A DNA stretch of 64,000 bases from an uncultured Nitrososphaeria archaeon (GCA_964507345.1 CAZDPL010000001.1:2073-66072), one strand, 5' to 3'. Shown: positions 9,127 through 19,417, counted from the first letter of the stretch. Numbers and translations are program-made. The notes: generated by a model not told the origin, from the sequence alone.

Positions 9127-9382
9127 ATTCACAGATCCGTATAGGCAGCCGCTGACCCGCTACGAAAAAGCGCGGATAATCGCTGGCAGAGCCCTCCAAC
9201 TATCGCTCGGCGCCTTCCCGCTAGTTGAAGTTAGGCCGAATGACACGCCGATCGATATCGCAAGAAGAGAGTTTGAGGCCGGCGTTCTCCCGATAATAAT
9301 TCGGAGAAGGCGGCCTGATGGAACTTACGTGGACATACCCCTGAAGGAGCTGCTGAAGCCCGTTGAGCAGAAAGCAGTCTAA
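9113..9382 (+). CDS. rpoK: DNA-directed RNA polymerase subunit K (Rpb6 homologue)
   Basis: [21 protein letters not shown] plus [18 protein letters not shown] matches the RpoK/Rpb6 core. TTG start overlaps the thermosome stop by 14 nt. The exact start is uncertain. Confidence 0.75.
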   Translation: MRKNEFTDPYRQPLTRYEKARIIAGRALQLSLGAFPLVEVRPNDTPIDIARREFEAGVLPIIIRRRRPDGTYVDIPLKELLKPVEQKAV

Positions 9383-9626
9383 GCTAACCGATAAGCAGTC
9401 CTGGTTCATCTCTACATTAATCCTAACCGCCTTAACAATTTTCTTTCACTTCGTCACAGTCTTTGAGAAAACCTTCTTTCTTTACATCTTCGTAATCCCA
9501 ACTCTGCTGTCGATTCTATTCTCAATTTATCTCGAGATAAGCTCTCGCCGCAGAAGGTAATATCCTCTAGATACCCGAGCGTATATTCCCAAGCCGATCG
9601 AATCCGGAATGATTTAATCCTAGAAC

Positions 9627-10724
9627 TTGGCCAATTACAGGTGCATGTATCGCGCCGGCCTGAGAGAGCTGCGGCTCGTTTACCCCTCTAAACCCAAATG
9701 GTATTTCAATGCTGTCCAGAACATACTCACCCGCATCATTTCGTCTTACATAACTCTCTTCGGCGCGAAGAGGTTCATAGCGGGGCTAGCTTCTCCAGTA
9801 TTTTTCGATGGATTAGCAGCCGCAGCCCATTTAGATGAGTTGGAGGGAGGAGCTACAACGATCATCGCTACGATTCTCAAAAACTACATAAGGCCTGAAA
9901 TGGGCCTGGCCGTAGTCGGAGGAAAGAGGCCGAAAGGCTACAAGGTTCCAGAAGAACTTGACAAAGTCGCAGAAGTCTTCGGGTTCAGCGAATCAACTCT
10001 AACCAGCCTTAAGTATGCCAGCAGGATGGTTGCGAAAGTGGATAGCGCCGCTATTCAAGACGGCTTTGAACTATATCTGCACTTAATGATAGTTTCAGAT
10101 GATGGAGAATGGACTATAATTCAACAAGGAGTTAAGCCCGTGAACCTAGTCAGGAGATATCACTGGATTTCAAGGGGCTTGAAAAGCTTCGTCGAAGAAC
10201 CGCATAGTGGAATAGTCTCCGCTGAAAGAGAGAACATAGTCCTAGATATGACGAATAAGCAAAGCGCCGAGGCTAGGAAAACCTGCGTCGAAGCCGTAAA
10301 CACCGACCTAAGATCATTAAGAAAATTGCTTCAACGCATTCCGCCTGGACAAGTAACGTTGACGGAATTTGATGCTCATGAAGAGAAGAAATGCCCCTTC
10401 GAGATTCCGAGAATAAAGTGGGCAACTCTACTTGAAGTGAATAGGCATGCTCCTAAAGATTTCGAGGAGCTACTATCACTCCGCGGAGTCGGGCCTGCTA
10501 TGGTGAGATTCCTAGCAGCCGCATCGATAGAATTATACGATGTTTATCCAAGCTTATCAGATCCCGCGATTCTTTTCAGAGAAATGCCTCTGAAGGTTGG
10601 GGAGGATAGGTGGCTATATGAGCTTGTGGATGCGATAAAGTCTTCTGATCTAAACTTTGTAGAAAAAAAGAAGGCGCTTAATAGGTTGTCGAACGTCTTT
10701 CGATCCCTTGAGGAACTCGCGTAA
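9627..10724 (+). CDS. Conserved archaeal hypothetical protein with a helix-hairpin-helix-like motif (365 aa)
   Basis: LLSLRGVGPAMVRFLAAASIEL near the C-terminus resembles an HhH DNA-binding motif. TTG start; an alternative ATG is at 9645. I recall a DUF family for this architecture but cannot verify it. Confidence 0.5.
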   Translation: MANYRCMYRAGLRELRLVYPSKPKWYFNAVQNILTRIISSYITLFGAKRFIAGLASPVFFDGLAAAAHLDELEGGATTIIATILKNYIRPEMGLAVVGGKRPKGYKVPEELDKVAEVFGFSESTLTSLKYASRMVAKVDSAAIQDGFELYLHLMIVSDDGEWTIIQQGVKPVNLVRRYHWISRGLKSFVEEPHSGIVSAERENIVLDMTNKQSAEARKTCVEAVNTDLRSLRKLLQRIPPGQVTLTEFDAHEEKKCPFEIPRIKWATLLEVNRHAPKDFEELLSLRGVGPAMVRFLAAASIELYDVYPSLSDPAILFREMPLKVGEDRWLYELVDAIKSSDLNFVEKKKALNRLSNVFRSLEELA

Positions 10725-10725
10725 G

Positions 10726-11805
10726 CTAGCGTTCTCTCTTACCTTCTATGAATTCTTCAACCATCTGTCTCGCTACGTCGTCTGGATACTGCACTGGCGG
10801 GCTCTTCATGAAATAGGCTGATGGGCTTATCAGTACTCCGCCTATTCCTCGATCCTTACCTATCTTCGCGCATCTAAGCGCGTCAATGACTACTCCAGCA
10901 GAGTTCGGGCTATCCCATACCTCGAGCTTCGCCTCAACCGTCAGCGGGCAACCTCCGAAGGCCGTTCCCTCGATCCTGATATAAGCCCATTTCCTATCCT
11001 TAAGCCATGGAACATAATCGCTGGGGCCGATGTGAATGTTCTCTTCGCCGATATCGTATGGTAGGAGGCTGGTGACCGCCGTGGTCTTCGAAATCTTCTT
11101 GGAAGTTAATCTCTCCCGCTCGAGCATGTTCAGGAAATCGGTGTTTCCTCCAAAGTTCAGCTGGTAAGTCCTCTCAACCTTCACTCCTCGATCAACGAAT
11201 AGCTTAACCAGCGTTCTGTGAAGGATCGTTGCTCCAACCTGGCTCTTGACATCATCTCCGACTAACGGGACTCCGCGCTTCTCGAAGATTTGCTGCCATC
11301 TAGGCTCTCTTGCTATGAAGACAGGTATTCCATTTACGAGAGCGGCTCCTGCTTCTAACACTTGCTCGACGTACCATTTCGTTGCTGACTCACTTCCGAC
11401 AGGGAGGAAGTTTATCACAACGTCTGCTCCAGTGCTCTTTAGAACATCGGCGACATCGACGGTTGGTGAGGGATGTTTCTCGATAACTCCCTGAAGATAC
11501 TTTCCAATGCTGTCATGAGTCATTCCTCTCATGACCTCTACTCCGAGCTTTGGGACATCAGCGAACTTCCTTGTGCAATTCGGCGGAGCGAAGATGGCTT
11601 CGGAAAGATCTTTTCCAACCTTGTTTTTATCGACGTCAAAGGCTGCGACGAACTCTATGTCGCTGATATGATAAGGTCCAAGTCTCACATGCATTAGTCC
11701 AGGAATTCTCTCATTTTCATCAGCATCCCTGTAGTAATAGACTCCTTGGACAAGCGCCGAAGCGCAGTTACCAACTCCTATGATCGCGACTTTTACCTTG
11801 GGCAT
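10726..11805 (-). CDS. ino1: myo-inositol-1-phosphate synthase (archaeal type)
   Basis: 359 aa. N-terminal NAD-binding [17 protein letters not shown], then NFLPVGSE, then [10 protein letters not shown]. This is the typical archaeal MIPS architecture. Confidence 0.85.
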   Translation of the reverse strand: MPKVKVAIIGVGNCASALVQGVYYYRDADENERIPGLMHVRLGPYHISDIEFVAAFDVDKNKVGKDLSEAIFAPPNCTRKFADVPKLGVEVMRGMTHDSIGKYLQGVIEKHPSPTVDVADVLKSTGADVVINFLPVGSESATKWYVEQVLEAGAALVNGIPVFIAREPRWQQIFEKRGVPLVGDDVKSQVGATILHRTLVKLFVDRGVKVERTYQLNFGGNTDFLNMLERERLTSKKISKTTAVTSLLPYDIGEENIHIGPSDYVPWLKDRKWAYIRIEGTAFGGCPLTVEAKLEVWDSPNSAGVVIDALRCAKIGKDRGIGGVLISPSAYFMKSPPVQYPDDVARQMVEEFIEGKRER

Positions 11806-11874
11806 GTCGCCATAATACTGTCTTGGTCGATATATAACTGTTTCACGGCCATGAAATAGTTTACAGCCATAAAA

Positions 11875-12204
11875 TTAAAGCTCTTGATAAAGCTTCCTCA
11901 AGAAATTCTTCGCTTTTTCCAAGGCTTTTTCTCCCTTCGCAGTCAAGACATAATATTTTCTCTGGGGGCCGCCGCTGCTTTCCGTGGTTTTCTTCGTCGT
12001 GATTAATCCTTCTGATTCAAGCTTGTAAAGCACGATATAACATGTAACTCTCCCAGGCTTAAATCCGAAGTGCTTTCTTATCTTCTCCCTTATCTCATAA
12101 CCGTAGAGCGGCTCCTTCTTCAAGAGGCTTAACACGTAGAGCCAGAGATTTTCGATCGTGAGCTTTCGCACGAGTCTTCGATAGGCGGCGCCCATTCCAT
12201 TCAC
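11875..12204 (-). CDS. PadR family transcriptional regulator
   Basis: YGYEIREKIRKHFGFKPGRVTCYIVLYKLESEGLI is the PadR winged-helix signature. 109 aa. Confidence 0.75.
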   Translation of the reverse strand: MNGMGAAYRRLVRKLTIENLWLYVLSLLKKEPLYGYEIREKIRKHFGFKPGRVTCYIVLYKLESEGLITTKKTTESSGGPQRKYYVLTAKGEKALEKAKNFLRKLYQEL

Positions 12205-12291
12205 TACTCCGATCCTTTCTCAATACGGCTAAAATAATAAGATTCTTCCCAGAGATAATGCTTTAAGACCGCCTTTTCGATCCTAAGCCGA

Positions 12292-13089
12292 ATGAAACGC
12301 TACGATGGAGTAATCCTTGATCTTGATGGCTGCGTCTATGTAGGAGATAAGCCAACCGAAGGCGCCGTCGAAGCTTTAGCCAAGCTTAAGAAGCTTGGCG
12401 TGAAAATTCTCTACCTCACCAATAACTCTGGATGGACTTCAGAAGACTACGCTATGAGGCTTCGCAGAATGGGCATAGAATGCAGTGCAGATGAAGTCTT
12501 AACAGTTGGGGAGGTGATTGCATCCTACATTCTCTCAAAATCAGGTCCAAGTAAAGTTTTGGTGATCGCGGGTCGAGGTGTAAAAGAATACTGCAAAAGA
12601 CTTGGACATAAGGTTCTTGAGCCTCAGGAATGGCGCGAAGCAGAATATGTAGTCGTCGGATTAGATCCCGAAATAAATTATCAGAAGCTTAGATTCGGCT
12701 TAAAGGCAATTCTCAAGGGCGCGGTCTTCATAGGAACCAATCCCGACGTAACGCATCCTGGATCCGAGGGAATAGAGCCTGGCTCTGGAGCAATGATCGC
12801 AGCGTTTAAAGCCATGACGGGTATTGAGCCGATAATTATGGGAAAACCCTTTAGGATAATCATGGATGCTGCTCTCGATCGGCTGAAGCTGACCGCTGAT
12901 AGAGTTCTCGTAGTTGGCGATAGGCTTGACACGGATGTAAAAGCTGGGAAAACTATAGGCGCTGACACGGCGCTGGTTCTAACGGGGATAACCAAAGAAT
13001 CTGATCTAGAAAATGTTCCGCCAGAGCTTAAGCCCACCTACGTTTTTCGAAATCTCCACGAGCTTGTTTACAAGCTCTATGAAGAGTAG
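12292..13089 (+). CDS. HAD-IIA family hydrolase (NagD / p-nitrophenyl-phosphatase-like)
   Basis: DLDGCVY (motif I), LTNNS (motif II) and GDRLDTD (motif IV). 265 aa. Confidence 0.75.
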   Translation: MKRYDGVILDLDGCVYVGDKPTEGAVEALAKLKKLGVKILYLTNNSGWTSEDYAMRLRRMGIECSADEVLTVGEVIASYILSKSGPSKVLVIAGRGVKEYCKRLGHKVLEPQEWREAEYVVVGLDPEINYQKLRFGLKAILKGAVFIGTNPDVTHPGSEGIEPGSGAMIAAFKAMTGIEPIIMGKPFRIIMDAALDRLKLTADRVLVVGDRLDTDVKAGKTIGADTALVLTGITKESDLENVPPELKPTYVFRNLHELVYKLYEE

Positions 13090-13556
13090 CTTCTAGAACC
13101 TAAGGGAAGCTCATAGCTTTCTTTAATCGTTCTAAGGACAATCTTGGTCTCGGTTGACGTAACTCCATCCAAAGTTCCTATACGATCCAAGATCTTTGCA
13201 AGAGATTCTTTATCCTTCGTTCTAACTTTAACCAAACAATAGTGCTCTCCCGTAACGTCATGTATTTCTAAAACTTCTGGGATCATTGAGAGCTGTGAAA
13301 GCACCTTCTCATATTTCATTGGATGAGCTGTTATGGAGATAAATGCCGTAACCGTGTAGCCAAGTTTTTCAGGATCTAGTATTGCTTGAATTTTCTTAAC
13401 GACGCCATTCTTAATTAGCTTCTGAATACGCGAGTAGATAGCAGCCTCGCTCATTCCCATCTTCCTAGCAATATCCGAATAAGAAGCTCTACCATCCTGT
13501 TGCAGGAGCGTGAGAATTTTCAAATCCTTATTATCGAGATTAATTTTCCGCCCCAT
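13077..13556 (-). CDS. lrp: Lrp/AsnC family transcriptional regulator
   Basis: Start taken at the internal ATG (MGRKINLDNKDLKILTLLQQDGRASYSDIARKMGMSEAAIYSRIQKL). HTH plus a C-terminal RAM domain. The longer ORF to 13622 adds a non-homologous leader. Confidence 0.8.
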   Translation of the reverse strand: MGRKINLDNKDLKILTLLQQDGRASYSDIARKMGMSEAAIYSRIQKLIKNGVVKKIQAILDPEKLGYTVTAFISITAHPMKYEKVLSQLSMIPEVLEIHDVTGEHYCLVKVRTKDKESLAKILDRIGTLDGVTSTETKIVLRTIKESYELPLGSRSYSS

Positions 13557-13683
13557 CAAGATAAAGCAATATTTCGTTAGATATATTCTTATAGGAATGC
13601 TGGAAAAGCTTGAATAACGCATGGTTTTTCGAAAAATTTCCTCTGCAAGCTGGCATGTGATAGTAATATATATGCTGTATTTG

Positions 13684-13707
13684 GAGACCTGAAGAATTGA
13701 AGGTCTC
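13684..13707. promoter_or_regulatory. Perfect 7-bp inverted repeat GAGACCT-N10-AGGTCTC between a TATA-like box (aatatatat, 13665-13673) and the HDAC-like gene start. Candidate operator.
   Basis: Seen directly. It lies in the 176-nt divergent intergenic region between lrp (-) and the HDAC-family gene (+). It sits downstream of the TATA box, where archaeal repressors typically bind. Confidence 0.3.
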
Positions 13708-13732
13708 TGGCAGTTGTTGAGGGGGAGATTAA

Positions 13733-14698
13733 ATGGGCCGAGACTGTAGAGTTGGGGTAGTGCGAGGCGAGGAGCTGCTCCTCTATAGCTTCCCTGAACC
13801 TCACCCTTTCAGGAAGGAGCGGGTAATCGCTTTCTACAATGCTTTCAAGGAATTCGAGAAAAGTGTTGGTGGAAAGGTCTCGCCCATTAAGCCCGAAATC
13901 GCTTCGGATAACGATGTCCTTCTCTTCCATGAACAACGCTACCTCGAGTTTGTTAAGGAGCGGTCGAAGGAAGGCTACGGCTATCTAGATTATGGAGATA
14001 CTCCCGCGTTTAAGGGATGCTATGAGGCATCACTCTATGTGGTCGGATCAACCCTGAAACTTATCAAACTCATACTCGATGGCGAAATAGATCATGGATT
14101 CAATCCTGTCGGAGGACTTCATCACGCGAGAAGAGACGCCGCAGCCGGATTCTGCATATTCAACGACGCCGCGATAGCGATAAAGTATCTCTTAGATAAG
14201 GTCGGGTTAAGGGAGGTGCTCTACGTCGATATAGACGCGCATCACGGAGACGGCGTATTTTACAGCTTCTACTTCGACAAGCGAGTCAGGATACTAGACT
14301 TCCATCAAAGCGGGAGAACACTTTACCCGGGAACAGGATTCGAGCATGAGCGAGGCGGGGGCGAAGCTATTGGAACAAAACTGAACATAACTTTCCTCCC
14401 CGGCGCAGGCTTCCAAGAATTTAAGGATGCTTGGGAAAATATGGCTGAAGGCTTCTTAAATGAATCCAGCCCGGAGTTCATAATTCTACAAGCTGGAGCG
14501 GATGGGTTGGTGGGTGATCCATTAACTGGGTTGAATTATACTGAGGAGGTTCACGCTTATGTTGCTCGAAGACTTCACGAATTTGCGCATGAAAAATGTG
14601 ATGGTAGGATAATCGCGCTTGGAGGCGGAGGCTATAATCCTGATAACGTTGCAAAGGCTTGGCTGTCAGTCGTAAAGTCCTTCACTACTCGATCTTAA
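13733..14698 (+). CDS. Histone deacetylase / acetoin-utilisation AcuC / acetylpolyamine amidohydrolase family protein
   Basis: DIDAHHGDGV zinc-binding motif and the GFCIFND stretch. 321 aa. Confidence 0.8.
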   Translation: MGRDCRVGVVRGEELLLYSFPEPHPFRKERVIAFYNAFKEFEKSVGGKVSPIKPEIASDNDVLLFHEQRYLEFVKERSKEGYGYLDYGDTPAFKGCYEASLYVVGSTLKLIKLILDGEIDHGFNPVGGLHHARRDAAAGFCIFNDAAIAIKYLLDKVGLREVLYVDIDAHHGDGVFYSFYFDKRVRILDFHQSGRTLYPGTGFEHERGGGEAIGTKLNITFLPGAGFQEFKDAWENMAEGFLNESSPEFIILQAGADGLVGDPLTGLNYTEEVHAYVARRLHEFAHEKCDGRIIALGGGGYNPDNVAKAWLSVVKSFTTRS

Positions 14699-15134
14699 TC
14701 TTGTATCCAGCCAGCTTCTTTCTAGCCACGACTTCCAGTACTCCATCCTTATACCTTGCTCTAACGGTTTCTGGATCTATCTTGACCGGAAGCCTTACAT
14801 GGAGGACATATCTTCCTTCCTCGACTTTTCGGAGAGGAGATCTACACGGCGCCTCGATCTTGAAGTAATCCTCTCCGACTCTCAGATCGATTTCCTCTTT
14901 ACTGGTTCCAGGTAGATCTGCTGTCAGAATTATTTCGTCTCCGGATTCGTAGAGGTTGTAGAGCGGTGTTATGCATTTTCGCATGCTTTCAGCTTCCTTA
15001 ATCATCCTGAAAAATTCCTCCTCCATTCTAGCGATCTCTGCTTCCATCCTCCTAAACTCGTCGAGGATCATTCTCCAAAGGGGCTTCCTGCGCTCCATTT
15101 CTCCCACCTCACAGGTAGACTGGTGGAAGCTCAA
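14685..15134 (-). CDS. hsp20: Hsp20 / alpha-crystallin small heat-shock protein
   Basis: Alpha-crystallin domain: ILTADLPGTSKEEIDLRV ... GVLEVVARKK. Possible later start at 15095 (MERRKPLW), which would remove the 26-nt overlap with the upstream gene. Confidence 0.8.
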   Translation of the reverse strand: MSFHQSTCEVGEMERRKPLWRMILDEFRRMEAEIARMEEEFFRMIKEAESMRKCITPLYNLYESGDEIILTADLPGTSKEEIDLRVGEDYFKIEAPCRSPLRKVEEGRYVLHVRLPVKIDPETVRARYKDGVLEVVARKKLAGYKIKIE

Positions 15135-15876
15135 GCTCCTTCGACTTCTGAATTCCCTGCATCATTTGATCGGTCCTCCTCATTAAATCTCTTAACTTTA
15201 GTTTGAGTTCCTCAGCGCTTTCTAAAAGTGGGCCGACGTCGATATCGATTTTCAAGAGCTTCGAGAGATAGGTGACGACCTCGGCGGCGGCTCCTGGATC
15301 TGGATAATTGTAATGTGATTGGGCTAAGACTATCGCTGTGTTCACGTTCATTCTTGCTCCCTCTCTAAGAATTATCCCCTTTATTCCCGCTATGAATCCT
15401 TCTTTAAACTTGCTTACGGAATCAACTTGGACAAGTTTCTCCGTAAGCTCTGGCGTGCTTCCTAGAACGAAGATTTTGGGCTTGTCGATATTCAGCCTAT
15501 TTGGTTCTGGTAAACCTGAGAGTGAGAGGAATAGTTCAGCGTTCTTCGACTTCGCCCAATTTACCAATCTACTTCCAAGAGGCTTAACTATGGCGGCTGG
15601 CAAGGGGATATCTGAGACTATGGCCACTATTCTCCCGCCTTTATAGATCCTTATCAATTCTTTGATTCTTTCACCTCTAACAGAGATTATGGGGGGAAGT
15701 AGGTCTGCGTCGATGTATCCGACTTCTTCTAGCTGGAGTTTATCAATCAGATAGGAGGCTGCGATTGCTCCCACGAGACCTATATCTGGAAATCCTTCGA
15801 TGAATATGAGATCCTTGCCTTCAATAGGCTTAACCTCCACGATTTCTATATCTCGGTCATACGACTGGCTTTCCAT
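15109..15876 (-). CDS. PAC2 (proteasome assembly chaperone 2) family protein
   Basis: N-terminal LIFIEGFPDIGLVGAIAASYLIDKL is characteristic of archaeal PAC2 (COG1938). 255 aa. Confidence 0.55.
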   Translation of the reverse strand: MESQSYDRDIEIVEVKPIEGKDLIFIEGFPDIGLVGAIAASYLIDKLQLEEVGYIDADLLPPIISVRGERIKELIRIYKGGRIVAIVSDIPLPAAIVKPLGSRLVNWAKSKNAELFLSLSGLPEPNRLNIDKPKIFVLGSTPELTEKLVQVDSVSKFKEGFIAGIKGIILREGARMNVNTAIVLAQSHYNYPDPGAAAEVVTYLSKLLKIDIDVGPLLESAEELKLKLRDLMRRTDQMMQGIQKSKELELPPVYL

Positions 15877-16019
15877 CGCTTAGAAGAGGCGCGTTGCTGG
15901 TAGATAAATTCTGAGGCTTGAAAGAAGTTGACGAAGATTTTTTCGATCCTTGCAGAAAACCCTGGAGAAATCCTTTTTAGATGGACTCCGTAACGGCAAA
16001 ACGAAGGTAGGTGTTTTCC

Positions 16020-17993
16020 ATGAGCGAGAAAGAGAAAGCTGAGAGCGCGGTAAAATACTTTGGTGAGAAACTTCGAGAAATGTCTCAGAAAGCTTTCGAA
16101 GACCTCGAGAACTTTTGGTCTGAAATTGCTGATAATCTCGTATGGTTTAAGCGATGGGACAAGGTATTAGAATGGTCTCCTCCATTCGCTCGATGGTTTG
16201 TTGGAGGAGTTCTCAACGCATGTTATAACGCTCTAGACGTTAACATTAAGAAGGGACTAAAGAACAAGGTAGCCTACTTCTGGGAAGGTGAAGAGGGAAC
16301 CACCAGAACATTGACATACTATCAGCTATGGAAGGAGGTAAATAAGTTCGCAAACGTCTTGAAGAAGCTCGGCGTCAAGAAGGGAGACCGAGTATCAATC
16401 TACCTGCCGATGATTCCAGAGCTTCCGATCGCCATGCTTGCATGCGCCAGAATAGGCGCCTTACATAGCGTAGTCTTCTCAGGATTCAGCGCAGCAGCCC
16501 TGGCCGACAGAATAAACGACGCGGAAGCCAAAGTTCTCATCACCGCCGACGGCCTCTACAGGAGAGGTAAGGTGATTCCGCTGAAGAAGAACGCGGATGA
16601 GGCATTGAAGATGTCGAAGTCCGTTCAAAAGGTAGTAGTTGTCAAGAGAGTTGGTTTAGAGGACACGCCGATGACCGAGGGCAGAGACTATTGGTGGGAC
16701 GACTTAATGAAGGAAGCTGAGCCATACTGCCCACCTGAACCCGTAGAGTCCACAGACCCGCTCTTCATACTCTACACAAGCGGAACAACTGGAAAGCCGA
16801 AAGGAGTAGTCCACAGCACTGGCGGATACCTGGTCTGGGTTTGGGCGACCCTAAAGTGGGCTTTCGATCCGAGACCCGACGACATCTGGTGGTGCACAGC
16901 CGACATAGGCTGGATTACGGGCCACAGCTACATAGTCTACGGTCCGCTACTACACGGCCTCACGCAGATAATGTATGATGGAGCTCCAGATTATCCAGCT
17001 CCAGATCGATGGTGGGAGATCGTTGAGAAGTATGGCGTAACTGCGTTCTACACCGCGCCGACCGCCATCAGAATGCATATGAAATTCGGCGAACAATGGG
17101 CTAAGAAACATGATCTCAGCACCTTGAGAATTCTAGGAACTGTTGGAGAACCGATAAACCCAGAGGCTTGGAAATGGTACTATGAGGTGATAGGAAACAA
17201 GAAGTGCCCGATAATCGACACTTGGTGGCAGACCGAGACAGGTGGATTCATGATCTCGCCAGCGGCTGGAATAGACCTCGTTCCGCTAAAGCCTGGATCT
17301 GCAACCTTCCCGCTGCCTGGAATCCATGCCGAGGTCGTGAATGAAGATGGTGAACCAGTTAAGCCATATGAGAGAGGCTATCTAGTGATCCTTGCTCCAT
17401 GGCCTGGAATGTTGATGACCCTATGGAAGGATCCTGAGAGGTACAAGGAGGTTTATTGGTCGAAGTTCCAGCCCAACAGTAAGCTCCAATTCAAGATTCA
17501 GCCTCCAGCAGTCTACTACACTGGAGACTACGCGATGAAGGACGAGGAAGGCTACTTCTGGCTAATGGGCAGAGCCGACGACGTGATCAAGGTCGCGGGC
17601 CACAGGATCGGAACCGCCGAAGTCGAGAGCGCGTTCGTAAGCCATCCAGCAGTCGCCGAAGCAGCCGTAATCGGAAAACCTGACCCAGTTAAAGGAGAGA
17701 CCATAGTCGCTTTCGTGATCCTAAAGTCAGGATACACGGCGAGCGAGGAATTGAGAAACGAATTGAGGATGTGGATTAGGAAGACGATCGGCCCGGTTGC
17801 GACTCCTGAGGCGATATTCTTCGTCTCATCGCTACCGAAGACTAGAAGCGGAAAGATCATGAGAAGACTTCTCAAAGCAGTCGTCAGCGGCCAGCAGCTC
17901 GGAGACATAACGACCCTAGAAGACGCGTCATCGATCGAGGAAGCCAAGAAAGCCGTTGAAATGCTGAGGAAAGCGATGGGAAATAAGAGCTAA
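16020..17993 (+). CDS. acs: Acetyl-CoA synthetase (AMP-forming)
   Basis: [15 protein letters not shown]-binding motif, YWWD, and the C-terminal [14 protein letters not shown] 16020 has a GAAGGTAGGTG ribosome-binding site. The track's GTG 16011 is the in-frame upstream alternative. Confidence 0.9.
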   Translation: MSEKEKAESAVKYFGEKLREMSQKAFEDLENFWSEIADNLVWFKRWDKVLEWSPPFARWFVGGVLNACYNALDVNIKKGLKNKVAYFWEGEEGTTRTLTYYQLWKEVNKFANVLKKLGVKKGDRVSIYLPMIPELPIAMLACARIGALHSVVFSGFSAAALADRINDAEAKVLITADGLYRRGKVIPLKKNADEALKMSKSVQKVVVVKRVGLEDTPMTEGRDYWWDDLMKEAEPYCPPEPVESTDPLFILYTSGTTGKPKGVVHSTGGYLVWVWATLKWAFDPRPDDIWWCTADIGWITGHSYIVYGPLLHGLTQIMYDGAPDYPAPDRWWEIVEKYGVTAFYTAPTAIRMHMKFGEQWAKKHDLSTLRILGTVGEPINPEAWKWYYEVIGNKKCPIIDTWWQTETGGFMISPAAGIDLVPLKPGSATFPLPGIHAEVVNEDGEPVKPYERGYLVILAPWPGMLMTLWKDPERYKEVYWSKFQPNSKLQFKIQPPAVYYTGDYAMKDEEGYFWLMGRADDVIKVAGHRIGTAEVESAFVSHPAVAEAAVIGKPDPVKGETIVAFVILKSGYTASEELRNELRMWIRKTIGPVATPEAIFFVSSLPKTRSGKIMRRLLKAVVSGQQLGDITTLEDASSIEEAKKAVEMLRKAMGNKS

Positions 17994-18091
17994 TATTCCT
18001 CATTTTTCGCAAATTTTCCTTCACGTTTTTCTCACCCTTAATCTCATTCCTTTTGAGAAGATTTAAACTGGGGAAGCTTCAGGTATCTACG

Positions 18092-19372
18092 ATGCCCAAG
18101 ACTAGCAGAATCCCAGGCTTCTATAAGCTGACCCCAGAGGAGCGATTAAGAATTGTAGCGGAATTTGCGGGCTTAACGGAGGAAGAGGTTGATCTTCTTA
18201 GAAGATTTGGAGCCTTAGATGAATCTACCGCTAATAGGATGATCGAGAACGTGGTAGGAGCCTTTCAGCTTCCAATCGGAATAGCCGTAAACTTTCTCAT
18301 CAATGGAAGAGACTACATGATCCCCATGGTAATCGAAGAGCCATCGGTCGTAGCCGCAGCATCGAACGCCGCGAGAATGACGAGAGAAGGGGGCGGAGTA
18401 TACGCTCAAAGCACAGAATCCCTCATGATAGGCCAGATACAGATCCTAGGCGTTAAAGATCCACATGGAGCGAGATTCGAGATCCTGAAAAATAAGGATG
18501 AGATATTGGAGATAGCGAATGAGAAAGATCCAGTCCTCGTAAAGCTTGGGGGAGGAGCGAAAGACCTAGAGGTAAGAGTAGTTGAAAGCAGACTCGGCCC
18601 CATGCTGATAGTCCATCTAATAGTCGACGTCAAGGACGCGATGGGAGCAAACGCTGTAAACACGATGGCCGAAGCCGTGGCTCCGAGGCTAGCATCGATA
18701 GCTGGCGGCCGATTCAGGCTGAGAATAATATCGAACCTAGCCGATAAGAGACTCGTTAGAGCTTGGACCAGAATTCCGCCTGAAGCGGTTGGAGGTAAAG
18801 AAGTTGCTGAAGGAATCGTCGAAGCGTGGGCATTCGCGGACGCCGACCCATATCGAGCAGCAACCCATAACAAGGGGATAATGAATGGAGTAGACGCCGT
18901 TGTGATAGCAACTGGAAATGATTGGAGAGCAGTCGAAGCAGGTGCCCACGCCTATGCCGCGAGAAGTGGAAGATACAAGCCTCTCAGCACTTGGGAAATA
19001 GATGAAAAAGGATACCTGGTTGGAACCCTGGAGATGCCTCTTGCAGTCGGAATAGTTGGAGGAGCCACTAGAACAAATCCGCTCGCCAGAATATGTCTAA
19101 AAATTCTTGGAGTGAAATCGGCGAAAGAATTAGCAGAAGTAATCGGCGCGGTTGGATTAGTTCAGAACCTCGCAGCTCTCCGAGCTCTCGCCGCGGAGGG
19201 AATACAAGCAGGCCACATGTCTCTACACGCTAAAAACATCGCGATAATGGCTGGCGCCGTTGGAGACGAAATCGATCAGGTAGCAGAGATCATGGTAAGA
19301 GAGAAATGCGTGAGGGTAGATAAGGCGAAAGAAATACTCGAAAGAATCCGAAAAGAGAAGGCGAAACGCTAA
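18092..19372 (+). CDS. hmgA: Hydroxymethylglutaryl-CoA reductase (class I)
   Basis: EN(V/M)IG, DAMGANxxN and GTxGG motifs are present: DAMGANAVNTMAE, ENVVGAFQLP, GIVGGATRTN. Start set at ATG 18092 (MPKTSRIPGFYKL). The track's TTG 18053 is the alternative. Confidence 0.9.
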   Translation: MPKTSRIPGFYKLTPEERLRIVAEFAGLTEEEVDLLRRFGALDESTANRMIENVVGAFQLPIGIAVNFLINGRDYMIPMVIEEPSVVAAASNAARMTREGGGVYAQSTESLMIGQIQILGVKDPHGARFEILKNKDEILEIANEKDPVLVKLGGGAKDLEVRVVESRLGPMLIVHLIVDVKDAMGANAVNTMAEAVAPRLASIAGGRFRLRIISNLADKRLVRAWTRIPPEAVGGKEVAEGIVEAWAFADADPYRAATHNKGIMNGVDAVVIATGNDWRAVEAGAHAYAARSGRYKPLSTWEIDEKGYLVGTLEMPLAVGIVGGATRTNPLARICLKILGVKSAKELAEVIGAVGLVQNLAALRALAAEGIQAGHMSLHAKNIAIMAGAVGDEIDQVAEIMVREKCVRVDKAKEILERIRKEKAKR

Positions 19373-19417
19373 CCGCAAAGAAGATAACCCGCTCGATCAT
19401 AAGCTTTCCGTGAGTGG

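Noticed and set aside
9363-9560. 65-aa hydrophobic ORF overlapping the rpoK 3' end
   Set aside because: It is short, begins inside rpoK, and has no ribosome-binding site or recognisable motif. It could be a real small membrane protein but support is insufficient.
13589-13936. 115-aa minus-strand ORF spanning the lrp/HDAC intergenic region
   Set aside because: It crosses a promoter region and the 5' end of the HDAC-like gene on the opposite strand. No motif.
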